This document shows, piece after piece, positions 22,994 to 37,168 of a stretch of DNA of 64,000 nt (positions within the stretch are counted from its first letter, which is position 1; every line of letters begins with the position of its first letter). Source of the DNA: Haliotis rubra (Eukaryota). The position numbers and the translations under genes were made by a program. Under the pieces are notes generated by a model. The model was not told the origin of the DNA. It did not search any database and worked only from the letters and a program-made list of their open reading frames with translations. The DNA lies in assembly GCF_003918875.1 (NCBI RefSeq), contig NW_025767000.1, positions 992,001-1,056,000 on the forward strand. The letters are read 5' to 3'.

Positions 22994-25013
22994 ATGGCCT
23001 CTGTGGAAGTAAGTGGAGACAACTCCGGATTTGTTGACAACTGGCAAAGTGGGAAGACCTTGGCGGAGTGTAATCTCCACATGTTGACCTCTGAGGATTC
23101 TTGTGACGTCAGCTTCCTGGTTGGGAAAGAAGGGATGCCAGTCCGAGCTCACCGATATGTTCTGATGAGTCGGAGTTGTGTGTTCTACGCCATGTTGTGT
23201 GGCCCCCTGGCGGAGAAAGAGGACATCAAGATCCCCGATGTGGAGGAGGAACTATTCTCTGAAATGTTGAGGTATATATCCCTATGGCGGTTAGGTATTG
23301 TTTACATTATTGGTCATACCTGCATAATAGGGTTAACTGTCATTGTCATACATAAAAGTCTAGTTGGTTAAATATGCCTTATAATTCTTTTATTATGATA
23401 CAACATTTCTCTATCCTTTCATCAAAATATATTTTAATTTAAAATCAAAAGTTGCTCTTTCTTGGTCATTCATGGTGACTTTAGAGATCTAATTATGAAT
23501 AAGGTGGCAAAAGAGTTTGTGACAAGGGTATTTTTACAACAATAAGCACCATCGCTAATACAATACAAGGTCACCAGAAGTATAAGTATAATAACTCATC
23601 AGATTACAAATCCCCGCAGGACATTAACTAATTAATACAGTCAAAAACCGATATGTCGAGGTTAAAGAGGGGTTCGCAGGGTAAAGACTAAATTCTGGCT
23701 TTTACTTCGAGGCAACCAGAGGTCCAACACATCGATGTTTTACTGCACTGTTAACAAACATCGGTCATGTGCTGGCTACCTTTAAGGGTTACATATATTG
23801 TAACGAAGATTTTAAGTTGATAAATTCATGAAGGTATGGCACGTCTAGTACCTTGTACCGAAACATTACACGAAGATACAGTTTATACTAAAAGTCAAAC
23901 TTTGCTCAAACATTGTACAAGGCCTAATTGTCATGAATACATATCATTTACAGGTACCTGTACACAGACAAGACAACCCTGACTGCTGAGAATGTGACAG
24001 GTCTGTTGTACCTGGCCAAGAAGTACTCCGTGGGGGGTCTTGAGCGTCTGTGTGTGGCTTACCTGGAATCGTCCCTGACGGTAGATAACGCCTGTGTCAT
24101 CTTGGAACAAGCCCATGTCTTTGATGAGGAGAAGCTCTTTGACAGGGCCCTGGAGGTTGTTGTCAAACATGGTGGTACCACTGTTAAAAGCTCTGGCTTC
24201 ACATCACTTTGTGCTTCTTGTTTTCATAAAGTTGTAAGCGCAGATTATTTCTTAACAAATGATGAAACAAGTTTCAATGCTGTCCTCTCGTGGGCCGAGT
24301 CAGAGTGTAAACGCCAAGGAAGGGAGATAAGTCCGGAAAACAAACGTCTAGTTCTGGGAGAAGCAGTGTATAATATTGCCTTCACCTCCATGGACACGAA
24401 GATGTTTGCAGAAACAGTTGTACCGTCAGGGATATTATCAAGTGATGAAAGTAACAAACTGTTGTGCTACCTGATCTTAAATGTTACTGATGTGGCTCCT
24501 TTCAAAATGAAGCCAGAGCTTCACATGGGGGTCAATCTGTATGCAAGTCAAATTCAATCAAGAACCAGTCAACAGGATTCTAGCAACTCATCCGGAACCA
24601 TTCGAGAGGATTCTAGCATCATCATCTCATGCAGCCAGGGCATGCACCTGACTGGTGTCTGGGTATATGGTGACAGCAGCTGCATATATAACATTTCTCT
24701 ATATCAAGAAGAGTCACATAGGAGTCAGTCTCAGAATATGAGATCGTGTACTACTGTTAAGACCTGGGTTCTAAGAGAAGTATCAGCTGTGTTAGAGAGA
24801 AGTATTCCCAACGAGGTCCATCTGAAGCTGTCGGAGGTATTGATTCTAGAAAAGTCATCCAGATATAAAATTGAAATTACAAGAGAGTCAAATAAAAGTG
24901 GATTCTTGGGCTCCTCCGTATTCAATAATATCACACTTGGTGAATGCCAGATATCAGTTAAGGAAGAACGTGGCCCGGGTCTTATTTCCAGACTCATAAT
25001 GGAGGAAATATGA
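22994..25013 (+). CDS. BTB-BACK-(PHR-like) copy A2; exons 22994-23271 and 23954-25013, ~445 aa
   Basis: Same exon lengths (278 and 1060 nt) and splice sites as A1; reading frame open. Confidence 0.92.
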
Positions 25014-26591
25014 GACAACACACTGGCATGTAAAGAGCTCCTCAAACAGTATACAGAACATGTGTACATACTGTTCCACTTCCTTGGGTAAAACAGTGAT
25101 GGATGACCTGTCAACAACAACTACTCGGAAACGTTGACAACAAATTTCAGAATGTCTTCACTATATAACAAATGAAAATTTGAGCTGCCAGGCTGTGTGA
25201 GATTACACAATAAAATGAGTATCTTCAGCACTGGAAAATACATTTAACTTCTTTGATATATTAAGACCAAAAAGTATGTGTCACGAAAATATATACTGTA
25301 TATTCCAATTAGCATGGCCTGCCATCAGACAGCTTCCTCTTTAGCTGCCATCTTGGACACTGTAAGGTCCCATCTTCAACGTCCTTTGTTTTGAAATGCT
25401 GTACTTAATTATTATTCTACCATAATGTCGAGGGTCCTGGCCGCTTATAAATAGGACTGAGGCGTACTTGATTAAAATTTGTTTATTCTTTAAAATACAT
25501 ATATGGACATCAATATAATATGATATATGGCCGAGGGGTGTATCAACTCACCTCGGCCGTGGCGTGACATGAAGTGGCAAATATGAAGATGCCTATGTCG
25601 GGGAACAGGTAATGCACGAGATGTCAAGGAACAGGTAATGCACGAGATACTACTGGTATTACAACCAGAATCCATGTTTCAGACCGCTGGCTTACTTTTT
25701 TTTGAATTATGTAGATTTGAGGAATTTGCAATGATATTTTCATTCAATTTGATGTTGCTTAAAAAATTATGCAGTTTTTGTTTTGTAAAGTAAATAGATG
25801 TATCATTAGTTCAACACTGACAGCAGGTTGTTGGTTTTGTATATTTTGGAGATGACAATGTGATTTAAATCATTCCATTCAAACAGTTAATTCAGAATTA
25901 ATAGTGATATATCTCCAGCCTTTACCCTCAGTGACACTATGATGAGATTATTTGTGAACCTGATGTGCATTCAAAGGTCATCTGCTTGAAGAAGTTGTGC
26001 ATTATAAAGCCCTTCAGTAATACCTTTTCTGCTTTTCTTTTATAATTTTTTAATCGAATAATATTTTACAATGTTCATAGGACTGGTTGGTTATCAGTGG
26101 GGCTGGTAGTTTTTATGGTAGTGGGTGAGTATGGTTTTGCGACGCTTTTAGCAATATTCCAGCAATATTTATCCACTGGAATCTCCCAACTGACTCACAC
26201 ATCCTACCCATGCGGGAATTCGAACCTGGGTCATCAGACCATCAGGCTACCCCACCGCCCCTTATACGCTGTCAGACCCATGATACAAAATTTTGGCGAG
26301 TTTTTGCACAATGCTTATTGTATGTCAAGAACTTGCAGATCTATGCAGTCTGATATTTAACGGCTTGCAAAATCTCCGAAATGATTGTTTATGTGGAATT
26401 GATAGATTATATTAACTTCGAACTATATAACCCCCCCCACCCCCCACCCCCACACATCCCAACACACACAGACGCACGCACGCACGCACGCACACAGAAC
26501 GTATAATGTCGACGAGAACTACAGTCTGATGATAAGCACAATAATATTATAGACTATTCTGATCACCGATCCCGCCTCGCACATATTTTCA

Positions 26592-26644
26592 GTCACGTGA
26601 CAGACGGTCAGAGTTCAACATTGCGCTCAATACCACAGGTAAGA
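26592..26644 (+). promoter_or_regulatory. Putative promoter and first exon of B2
   Basis: GTCACGTGAC at 26592-26601 and donor CAG/GTAAGA at 26638/26639. Confidence 0.55.
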
Positions 26645-27971
26645 CGGTTTGTCATGTTACTTGTTGTTGACACATGTATATTTGAGGTAAACACCACAAA
26701 ATCTTATGAGGGGTTCCAGTACATGTGTTTCGTGGAATGTGAATAAGTACCTCCCCCCTCTCATCCATTCCCCCAATCTTCTTCGTAAATAGACTGTAGC
26801 CAGTAAAAGCTACCTGCACGGACAAGTGCAGTGACAGGTTCTCCCCTCGCACTGCGACACGTGGGGAAAACCACGAACACACTGACACGTGTAATTCAGT
26901 GTGGTGGATGTCGGATCAGTCGACATACTCACATCAGTAAATATCAGTTATTTGAATACGACAACTAGTTCTCATGAAATACGTGAATGACAATAACAAG
27001 TCATCATTCTTTCCGGTTTGTAATGTCAATGAACATTATGCGAGTTGTCATGGATATCCTGCGAACGGAAACATGTAGATATCAAGTACATGATATACGT
27101 CTCCATACAGATGTAAGTACAGATACACATACTGATTAGACACATTTCTCATATGATATTGATTATAACTACAAAAATACACCATGTGTATCGCTTGTAT
27201 CGCTTGGACGCGGAAGTAAACAATGTACAGGGGAGATAACTCGTGCTGACCCAGCTGGGTATTTTCATACAGCTTCTGCCGACAGTGCAAGCTTTCGTTA
27301 ATATCAGAACGCGTATATAAAGTTGTACTGAATCCACCATGAAGCAAAGTCAGTGCCTGTTTTCAAATTACATTTAAACACCCCTGTGTCGCTCATGGAG
27401 TGAGTGGGTGAGTGAGTTTAGTTTTACGCCGCTTTCAGTAATATTCCAGCAATATCACGACGGTAATCCCAAGTAAAACACAATCAAACAGATTAATATT
27501 CGAGTGAGAAATCAGTAAAGCATATTGGACGCTTAAACTAGCAATATCGTGTTTAGTTATTGGTAAAAAAGAAGACAATGGCTTCGTATTATATTTTTTT
27601 TGGTTAAATGGTAAATTTTATAACACACCTATACTCATAACATAGATTATCTTTCACGTGGCTGAAATATGCGTGACTGAATGAGATTGAGATGCCCATG
27701 AATGGCAGAAGGAAAGTGCAATGTCGACATTTCATACATGCATTTGATAAAGATGGAATCGTTCAATGGTGATTTCCTAATGTTCTTTTTGTTGTTTTTA
27801 TTGTCCCCAAGACGCTCAGATGTTGTAAATATCACGATTCGATTTTTCACAGATCGCCTTGTTTTCATATTACTAATTGCGGCTATAAACAACGTTCGTT
27901 CAGTCGGCTGAGTTGACGTCAGCAAGATCTTCAAAGGGTGTCATTCCTTCAGATAGCAACTGCAAACATCG

Positions 27972-28839
27972 ATGGCCTCAATAGAAGTAAGAGAAGACAA
28001 CTCTGTGTTCGATGACAACTGGCAAAGTGGGAAGTCCCTTGCAGAGTGTAACCTCCATATGTTGACCTCTGAGGATTCTTGTGACGTCAGCTTCCGGGTT
28101 GGGAATAATGAGAGGATAGTCTGAGCCCACCGATATGTTCTGATGAGTCGGAGTAGTGTGCTCCACGCCATGTTGTGTGGCCCCCTGGCGGAGAAAGAGG
28201 AAATAAGGATACCTGATGTAGAGGAAGAAATATTTAATGACATGTTGAGGTAGGTGATGGTCAGTGTTGTGCTTTGTTCGTCTTGTAGACGGTGTCTAAA
28301 AGTCCCTCGGGTCCATGAGGATCCGGGTTAGGCGACTAACGGGATCGGGTGGTCAGGGCACCGTCTGGCTCGCTGACTTGGTTGACACACGTCATCGCAT
28401 CCCAATGACTGAGATTGATACTCATGATGTTGATCACTGGATTGTCTGGCCCAGACTACATTATATACAGGCCGCTGTTATATAGTTGAAATATTGTTGA
28501 GTGTGGCGTTAAACAACAACCAAACCAAACCACACGTCCCTCGAAGCTTCGGTTTCCCACACACTGACACCACATGATAAAACTGAAATCTGCTGTAAAC
28601 ATTCACTCACTCACCTTGGTTGAAAGAGACAAAAAATATCTGTCAGTTTATTCAGTTTCAATCTGTAACAAAATTAAGGAATCGAGAATTCAGAATTATA
28701 GCCATCAACCTCTACCAGTGAGCGAGGACTACCAGCATTTTTAATTCAGGATTTTACTGTCTCGGACTAGCGGACTAGCGTGCATTTTGCATTCACGTTC
28801 ACGTTATGAGTGAGTGAGTTTAGTTCTCAGCCATATTCC

Positions 28840-28873
<34 letters not shown>

Positions 28874-30213
28874 CCACCCGATGGCGTTAGTCGCCTCTTA
28901 CGACAAGCATGGGTTACTGAAGATCAATTCTAACCCGGACCTTCACGGGTCTCCTCGTTATGAACAGTGAGTGTGTTTATTACAACGTCACTTTGAACAG
29001 CATGTCAAGATGCAAGGGTGTGTCAGCCTGATATGGGAGGAAAACCCGAAGCTTCCCAGGTCGTTCGCCAGTGCCATGAATATACTGTAATACATTTCCT
29101 GCCATAAACGTTCATTTTGTGAAAAAAAGGCTTTTACCACTTGTACTTATTACTGTACATAGTCCTTTATTGAAATTTCCCGATGTAAAATACATATATA
29201 TTTGCAGATTTCTGTATACAGACACGACAACCCTGACTGCTGAGAATGTGACAGGTCTGTTGTACCTGGCCAAGAAATACGCCGTTGGGGGTCTAGAGCG
29301 TCTTTGTGTTGCTTACCTGGAATCGTCCCTGACGGCAGAGAACGCTTGTGTCATTTTGGAACAAGCCCACGTCTTTGATGAGGAAACACTGTTTGATAGG
29401 GCCTTGAAGGTTATTGTTCAGAATGGAGATGTTGCACTAGAGAGCTATAGCTTCAAAGATCTGTGTCAAACGTGTTTCCAAAACATTGTCAGTGCAGTTA
29501 ATGGAGAGGAGTATATTGTAAAACCGGAAAGAATGTTTGGTGCTGCCATCTTGTGGGCTGAGGAAGAAATAAAGCGAAGGGAATTAGAAAGCACTCCAGA
29601 AAACAAGCGACAAGTTCTTGGGGAGTCAGTGTATGAGCTTGGCTTCACAGCAATGGGGATACAGGAATTTGCCAAAACGGTAGTTCCATCTGGAATATTA
29701 TCAGGCGATGAATGTACAAAATTATTCTGTTTCTTATGTATATCTGGGACTGACGCATCACCATTCAAAGTAAGTCCAGCACCTGCAGTCTCTTTGTATG
29801 GAAACAGGATCCGTACTGATCTCAGCGAGTTGGATTCATACATCACCATCACGTGTAGCCATAACATGCGTTTGATCGGCCTGTGGGCATTTGGTAGCGA
29901 CACCAGCAGGTATAACATAGTGCTGGATAGGAAACAGGGAACTCCACGGCGTTGGATTGATCAGATGAGGATGTCAGCAAAGCCTGTGAGAACTGATGGG
30001 ACAGAAGTGGAACTGGAACTGTCAGCTCAGCCTACTTTAGAGGCCAACGCTAATTACAGATTCCGGACTCACATGAGCAATACTACAGGGGGGTGGTTAG
30101 GTACTCAACTTAGGAAAGGCATCACTGTTGGCAAGTGTCAGATATCCGTTTCACAGGCTTACGAGGATGGCATCATCTCGAGACTCGTATTGCGGTTATG
30201 TGAGTTGGGTTAG
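27972..30213 (+). pseudogene. BTB-BACK-(PHR-like) copy B2; exons 27972-28249 and 29208-30213; same TGA at codon 51 (28122-28124)
   Basis: Same structure as B1; otherwise open for ~427 codons. Confidence 0.8.
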
Positions 30214-30683
30214 GGTCATTTGACGCGCCATTTCGGTTAAAGTTCTTTTATCGCTGCGAGAGATATAGTGTATCTTTGCTGGATAAAGTTTAGATTTTGA
30301 AAATGTGTATCTGTATGGTACACATCAGCAGCCTTTGACACGCTATAACGGTTAAAGTTCTTTTAAGGCTGCGCGAGATATATTGCAGCTTTGTTAGATA
30401 CACTTTAGATGTGAAAATGAGAATGTGTGTGGGTAAGATGTTTGACCTTGCTCACTAATTGTTTGGTCGGCATTCTAGAAGTTGGTGAGTCTAAAATGAA
30501 GCACACAACTTTATGGAAGACAACTTATTGTTTATTGTTTATTGCCGATGTAAGAATCTACATCGAAACGTCTCTCTATGTAATAAACAAGAAGTTGTCA
30601 GCCATAAAGTTGTATGTTTCATTTTATACCTTGGTGATAGTTTGTCATCATGTCCAGCGAAGTGGACCATTGTTCATGTTGCC

Positions 30684-31922
30684 GGGACACCTGCAGTTTA
30701 CGGGTCCCCAGACCCGGAAGTAGAAATGTATTCTTTATAGCTCGCGCTGTGCGCGAGCACGCGCCGAAGGCGCATTTGCTGCCTTCGGCAGTAAGTGACG
30801 CGCGCAGCGCGTCATATATATAGAGAAGCACGCGAGAGCGGGCTGATCTCCGTTAGGAGACATTTTAGACGAAATTAGAGGTCATTTTCGTGTTTACTGG
30901 CAAAAAGTTTAATTTAAAACTTCGTCTGAAAGACGATAGTTTTAAACACGAATTTTAGTAATGCTCCAAAACATCAATCCAATCGTTAGTAATCAAGGGG
31001 AAATCCCGATGACGTTCCTTTTATCTGATTGGTCAATTGTGGACGCACGTGTCGAATGTTCCGAATAAGGTAGTCGGTTACTACGACTGCCACAACTTGT
31101 GACAGTGAATCATAGTAAGGAATTTGTGAATGTAGAGAATGGTGCGTGCATTCTTAAAATTGAGAGTACGTGGAGAGCGGTGAAAGCGTCCCCTGCCCAG
31201 GTATGGAACTACGAAAGGATTGTATGATAGTTATTTTGTGGAATACATTGTGAGGAAGAAATATTTACGTTGTTCTGATGATCCTTTCGTTACATTTCTT
31301 ACTTTTATCCGCCGTGTATTTGACCCCCAAAACCCATGAATGAATATTTTAAAATGGTTGAAAATAAAAATAAAGAAAATGCAATGCAAAATGAAAGCAC
31401 AGATGAATTTAATTCAAGTGCAGATTTGTTCTTGTAAGGTAAGTCAATTCAGGGGCAGATTTGTTCTTGTAATATAAGGTAAGTGAAGCGTTTCGATATT
31501 TGTTTTCTTGCTGTGCTACATATCATGTAAACTTACCTGTTTTGTTTATTGTAAATGAAAATGGAAAAAGAAGGATACAATGAAGCATCTAAGGGCTAAA
31601 ATGTTTCATTTCAACGAAACAATACATTACTGGGGTATTTTTACGTCAGCGTCTTCTTAAAATATGAATAAACATTGCAATTGACAAACCCAGAAAAAAA
31701 TACAAACCCTAAAACATTGTTGAGGAACGAAGGGCTAGAGAAGATTATCGATTAATATCCAAGGGTAATTTTATGGGCCAAAACAAGGCCTAAACAGCGA
31801 TGTTGTTATTCGCTGGAGCAAACAAAAAATGGCGTCAGCGTTAGTGCTCGCTTCGATGTAAATATGGCTTCTGCGCATGTCTGTAGCGAAACTTCCGGGG
31901 ACCCGTAAAGTGCAGTTTACCC
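30684..31922. mobile_element. Non-autonomous TIR DNA transposon, 1.24 kb, 8-bp TSD (Merlin- or MULE-like)
   Basis: Imperfect TIRs GGGACACCTGCAGTTTACGGGTCCCC and GGGGACCCGTAAAGTGCAGTTTACCC; ATGTTGCC on both flanks; absent from the B1 and B3 flanks. Confidence 0.8.
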
Positions 31923-32910
31923 ATGTTGCCAACCATCGGCATTGTTTTCCTGATCCAATCAGAACTAGTTACTGTTCGTGGTGATGCTGCTGAGAATTAG
32001 TGTTGTTTGAGTGTAACACAACATTCCCGCCCTCATCCCGTCTTTGTGTTAATGCTTCTCTTCGTGTCAGTTCAAATGCCTCAATGACATGGTTGACACG
32101 TCATCGTGCCCCAATTGCGCAGATCGATGCTCATGCCGTTGATCACTGGATTGTCCGGTCCAGACTCGGTTATTTACAGACCGCCGCCATAAAGCTGGAA
32201 TATTGCTGATTTTGGCGTTAAACAACAAACAAACAGTTTATATGGCATGAGTCAAGAGGTGTGATTTATATGTTCTGAGGCTCACTCAGAAAGAGGTATC
32301 CTAATGACATATCAGTTATTTGTTATCCATTTCCATATTGATATACCTTTGCAAGGACGTATATCAGAGCGAGACTGTCAGTGGAGGCTTCCAATCATGT
32401 GTATATACGTCTTTGACCTTTGTCAGCGATGTTTGGGGGATTTTATTCCAGTTTCCTAGAAGTAATTCTCATGGTTATCCCAAATGTTCTCAATAGTTAC
32501 TTGGGGCGGTGGGGTAGCCCAGTGGTTAAAGCTTTCGCTCGTCATGTCAAAATCCCTTGTTCGATTCCCCACATGGGTTCAGTGTGTGAATACCATTTCT
32601 GATGTCCCCCGCCGCGACATTGCTGGAATATTGCTTAAAGCGGCGTAAAACCACCTCACTCACCAAATACATATGACGTCATCGTTCGAGTCAAACTTAG
32701 TTGTGGCTCGAGTGCATGGTTTGTGGCCTGGATTTCTGATGAATTGTTCCATTTCAGGTTTTATGTTCTTTTACAAACACTCCCAACCACTTCACATGTA
32801 TTTACGTTTCGCCCTTTTTTCTCCCGTCATGGGCGCATATCTTAACATCGGCTTAAGTGATACAACCATACCGTCCGCATTGATATTTATATTATATGTA
32901 GTTACAGAAC

Positions 32911-34702
32911 ATTCTACCATGACTTCAGTAAACACTGGATTGTGATTGGTTAATTAAAGTCATTCAGAGGTATATAATCACGTTATACAGGTCTCTGTTT
33001 TCCGTGCGCAATCATACATGGTTTACGGTAATGCACTATTTTTTGTCTGCCCACTAACATGGCGGACACCGAACAACCTACCGATGCATCGATAAATTAC
33101 GGCGATTTTACTGTCGGAAATTACACATATGTCTTTAAAGATGGATTTAGCGATGACGGGCACGACTCACTACTTGCGTAAATCACAGCAATAGGTGTTT
33201 ATACATACAAAAGTACTTCGAAAGCATGGAAACAAATATTCAGTCGAACAAGATCAAAACATCGTCTGCTTTCCGAATAAAAATTCAGCAAAAACAAATA
33301 TGTTTACGTTGATTCTATGTTATGTCAGAATAGATCCAGCAATAGACTGCTACAAAATTTCCGTGTTAAATTTATTATCAGCTTTCGTCAACGATATCGC
33401 CACTGATCTTGATCCGGTAACGGAGGATGCATTAACATCGAACGCCGAAGAAATTTTAGATTCTAATGCCTTCCGTCCACATAAATAAACAGTTGGGTTA
33501 TCAATTCAAACAAAATGATATTTTGAAATTTGTACTGTTTCAAATTTAGCGGTAGTAAAACACAATTAGATCTACAGAATCTGCAAACCGTTCTGTTTAG
33601 CCCAACATATTTTTTTTCTAAATGTATAACATCGTTGAAAAAGTTATTTAGCTTAGTAATGATCCCTCTTATCCATTACACTGCTTGATCTAAAGTAGTC
33701 TGTTAAAGTATAATTAATTACCTTACCGTGTTTATGCCAGAGGTACACCCTCGTGTCCTGATCCATCCTTTCGGAAATATCACCACAAATCTGGCTCTTT
33801 GTCAACAGACTCGCGAACATGCCAGCCAGTCCGATTCAATTTGAATTCACTACACTTTGAAGCAACTAGGTCACAAAACACTTTCCAAAATGTAGAAAAT
33901 AATATCCGTAGAATCGAATTTGAGCACAAAGTACACATGAGTGTGTAAGAGTCACCACAGCTGTCGCCTGCAGACGTAGAGGTGCGTGAAATCGTCAAGT
34001 TGACAGGGCGCAAAATTCAACAGTATCTAAATTCGGTACAACACGGACTTCTCGTTACAGCAAAAGCGCCCCTACTCTTAAATTTTGTACCAGTACCAGT
34101 AATTAGATATCAAAGACTATCTCAGTCATACAATCAGGTTAACCTTGCGCAAACTGTCAGTGGCTCTCCTGTCGCATCTTTCCAAATGTAAACAATGACT
34201 TCGAGAAAAGGTCAAGGCCATGAGGTTGCTGCCACTATTCTGGTGGGGAAAGGGTCTACGGTGGAATTTTCAAATGTGAACCAAGCTTTTGAAACTTATT
34301 TGATATATGTTTTCCAACTTATCAGTTAATGATTGGTGATTGATGCATTGAAAAACAAAACGTGATTTGTTATTACTGAATCTGGAGTTTGTTAGTCATT
34401 GACGGTTTGCCACCAAACACCCCCGTTTCGGGCGATACCACTTGAGATTGGAATGCGAGGCCGCTTCACGTATTGACTCGTAACCAAAGAAAGAGCTCCA
34501 CCTGAAATTGTTCATAAAATTGTCATGGTAGAATGGAGATAAACCTACTGTGTTGGAAAATCAGAGGTATATAACGAAATTATAATAGCTCTAAATTGTT
34601 CATTTAAAACCTCACGCTACGCGTTCGGTTTTAAATGAAATTTAGAGCTATTATAATTTCGTTATATACCTCTGATTTTCCCACACAGTAGGTTTATCTC
34701 CT
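32911..34702. mobile_element. 1.8-kb insertion with a 13-bp IR and a terminal ~75-bp hairpin (possibly Crypton-like)
   Basis: ATTCTACCATGAC / GTCATGGTAGAAT (34522-34534); hairpin arms 34535-34611 and 34627-34701; empty site in the B1 flank at ~13958. Confidence 0.65.
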
Positions 34703-34889
34703 AAATATATTCCAGTAATATATATTTTTTCACATCCAGACTTCGGCCCATTCTTAATTAAACCCTACATTTACATGTTCAAGGACGGGCCTTCTCTATT
34801 ATATCCTATACCTATTTGTATTATATGGTTTGTTTTACCGACTGTATAAATTATTTATCAGTTTTTACCGTACCTGACGCCGTCAGTAT

Positions 34890-34930
34890 CCATCTGATGA
34901 AGGAGCAATAAGTAGCTCTGAAACGTTGTA
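34890..34930 (+). ncRNA. Minimal hammerhead-like motif (canonical core) in a PLE pLTR remnant, probably decayed
   Basis: CUGAUGA-A-GGAGC-(8 nt)-GCUCU-GAAA-C-GUU with a weak stem I. The paralogous copies at ~14146 and ~40211 have lost the GAAA strand. Confidence 0.5.
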
Positions 34931-35509
34931 ACAAAGAAAAAAGAAGTTGTTATCCACAAACACTGTCTTATATAGTCATATATCTCCAACTTCTATATGC
35001 CCATCCAGGCAGATTGTATTTGCAGGCCTCATACTACGGTATACCCCCGTACTTCGGTCCTGGCGATTTGGGATTTGCGAGAGGTACAGTGTCAGTACCC
35101 GAGGGCCCTTGGACCTCCAGCAAACACAAGACGATGATCTTCGTTCAACACTTGTGTAAATACTGTGTTGCTGGTCAACCCACTCTATTTTCACTATATA
35201 AGACTTCAACCGCGCCGCCATATAGCTGGAATATTGCTGAGTGTGGCCTAAAAATAAAACTAAACTAAAACTTCAACCGCGAAGCTTCAGTCTTAAGCCA
35301 AATTGCTGGTGGTTCAAGATAATTTCTACGACTGGTTTTAGTGATCGAAACATCAAGAGTGGGTGCGCACCCGACTGACTATCGTGAGCTCTGCTCCACC
35401 TTAAAACTGGATTCCTACGTCACAGGGAACATCATAACCACTTTTCTAGTAGACAGCAACCTTTTCCCCTCGCTGCAGACTACTCCCGTACCTTCCTACA
35501 CCTAATACT

Positions 35510-35845
35510 TTGTTCGTAAGATTGTGAGTTGAATTCTAGGGATACCAGTATTCCTCTCCCCATGGCCATGTATATATCTTCCATAATTCCAAGAACTGCT
35601 GCCCCTCTGGCTTCTGACGATTTCTGTCTCACTATCACCGAGGTGCCAAGCCCTCTCAACCTTGGTAACACAACCGTTTTCTTAGTAAGATTGTGAGTTG
35701 AATTCTAGGGATACCAGTATTCGCCTCCCCATGGCCATGTATATCTTCCATAATTCCAAGAACTGCTGCCCCTCTGGCTTCTGACGATTTCTGTCCTACT
35801 ATCACCGAGGTGCCAAGCCCTCTCAACCTTGGTAACACAGCCGTC
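35510..35845. repeat. ~170-bp direct tandem duplication
   Basis: GTAAGATTGTGAGTTGAATTCTAGG..AACCTTGGTAACACA occurs twice. Confidence 0.85.
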
Positions 35846-36124
35846 TCGTACATTTACTTGGCATATAACCATATAAACCCCTTTTCTAGCTGGCTGCCAA
35901 AGTGTGCTTGTCTACTTTCATGTCTCTATTTCAGATAATTTCTACCTTAAAGATATTATTATTAAATCATGTTGTAACTTGTCTCCCATTACTTCTTAAT
36001 TACCTATATTAATGATCTCAACTTCCTATCTATTATTTACATAAGTATCCCAATTTCATGCCTTCATGATTATTAAATCCTGTTATGACTTGTCTCCCAT
36101 TACTTCTTAATTACCTGTATTAAT

Positions 36125-37168
36125 GATGAAGGAAAACTAAGTTCTACTTCTTTATTGCAATGAGTGCGACGTTTCGGTGTAGGTACTAACACCGTTATCA
36201 AGCAAGTGATACAACAGTTTGAAACAAGGAGAATATATACATTGCTGCATAGTGAGTATATACAATTAACAAAGTTGATGTACATGGGATATTTGATAAG
36301 TGATTACAGCAGAGGAGGTTGATGTACAGAGTGATCATGATTGATTGTGATTAGAGTTGAGTTTATACAATTGATGAGTTTGACGTACAATGGGATGATG
36401 ATAAGTAAGTAGGTTGAAGTACACTAGTTGTGATTGCAAGCACAAAAGGGAACGTGGAAGCTGGACTGACGCTTTATGTTCTTTGATTCGTGGTGGGAGC
36501 GGGCGGGATGTTTCACCAATATAGAAGTGACAACGAATCTGGTAGACAACTCCGGAGGGTCATGTTTGTTGTTGACTGTGGTTTGGATGGACTTGCCTTT
36601 CAGGAACAGGACGTCTATGCCTGCTTGCTGCTGAAGGAGTCGTCTTATCTGGTGGCTGACTGCTGGGACATACGGGATACTTATTACAAAGGGTGCTGAT
36701 TGCCGGCGGGGTGGTTTAACTCTTGGGTTGAGGGTGGTTGTGATGACATTGTTGACTAACTTCTTGGGGTACTGGTTATAATGGACGAAGGCATGGCGGA
36801 GGTGGTTTAGTTCGGTTTCTTGGGCTTCTGTTATCGATGTTTTTGGCTCTTCGGGTGAGAGTGGATATGATGCCTTTCTTAACCTGTAGAGGGTGGTTGG
36901 AGGTAAAGTGAAGGTATTGGTCGGTATGGGTAGGTTTCCTGTAGACAGTAGTGGAGAGCTTGTTCTCTTCTTTCTTTACTAGGACGTCGAGGAAAGGGAG
37001 CTTGTTGTCAGATTCTTCTTCCATTGTGAACTGCACACGGGGATGTTGGGAATTCAGGTGGTTGAGGAGGTGTTCAGGGTTGTCGTTGGGGTTGAGAACT
37101 ACAAAGGTGTCGTCTACTTTTCTATACCAGCATATTGGTGCGATGGGTGATGTCAGCAGGGCCTTGTC
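36125..37168 (-). mobile_element. Penelope-like retroelement, 5'-truncated and internally deleted (RT core/thumb plus pLTR)
   Basis: WYRKVDDTF..HLNSQHPRVQFTMEEESDNKLPFLDV..TVYRKPTHTDQYLHFTSNHP..ISIPYV. Confidence 0.9.
36164..36204 (-). ncRNA. Minimal type I hammerhead ribozyme, U3-A8 core variant
   Basis: UGC-UUGAUAA-C-GGUGU-(8 nt)-ACACC-GAAA-C-GUC-GCA, followed by AAUAAA. Confidence 0.7.

Noticed and set aside
29119-29207. N-terminal extensions from GTG/TTG starts in the ORF track (29119, 22934, 46194)
   Set aside because: They lie in introns upstream of clear AG acceptors; the spliced models fit the paralogues.
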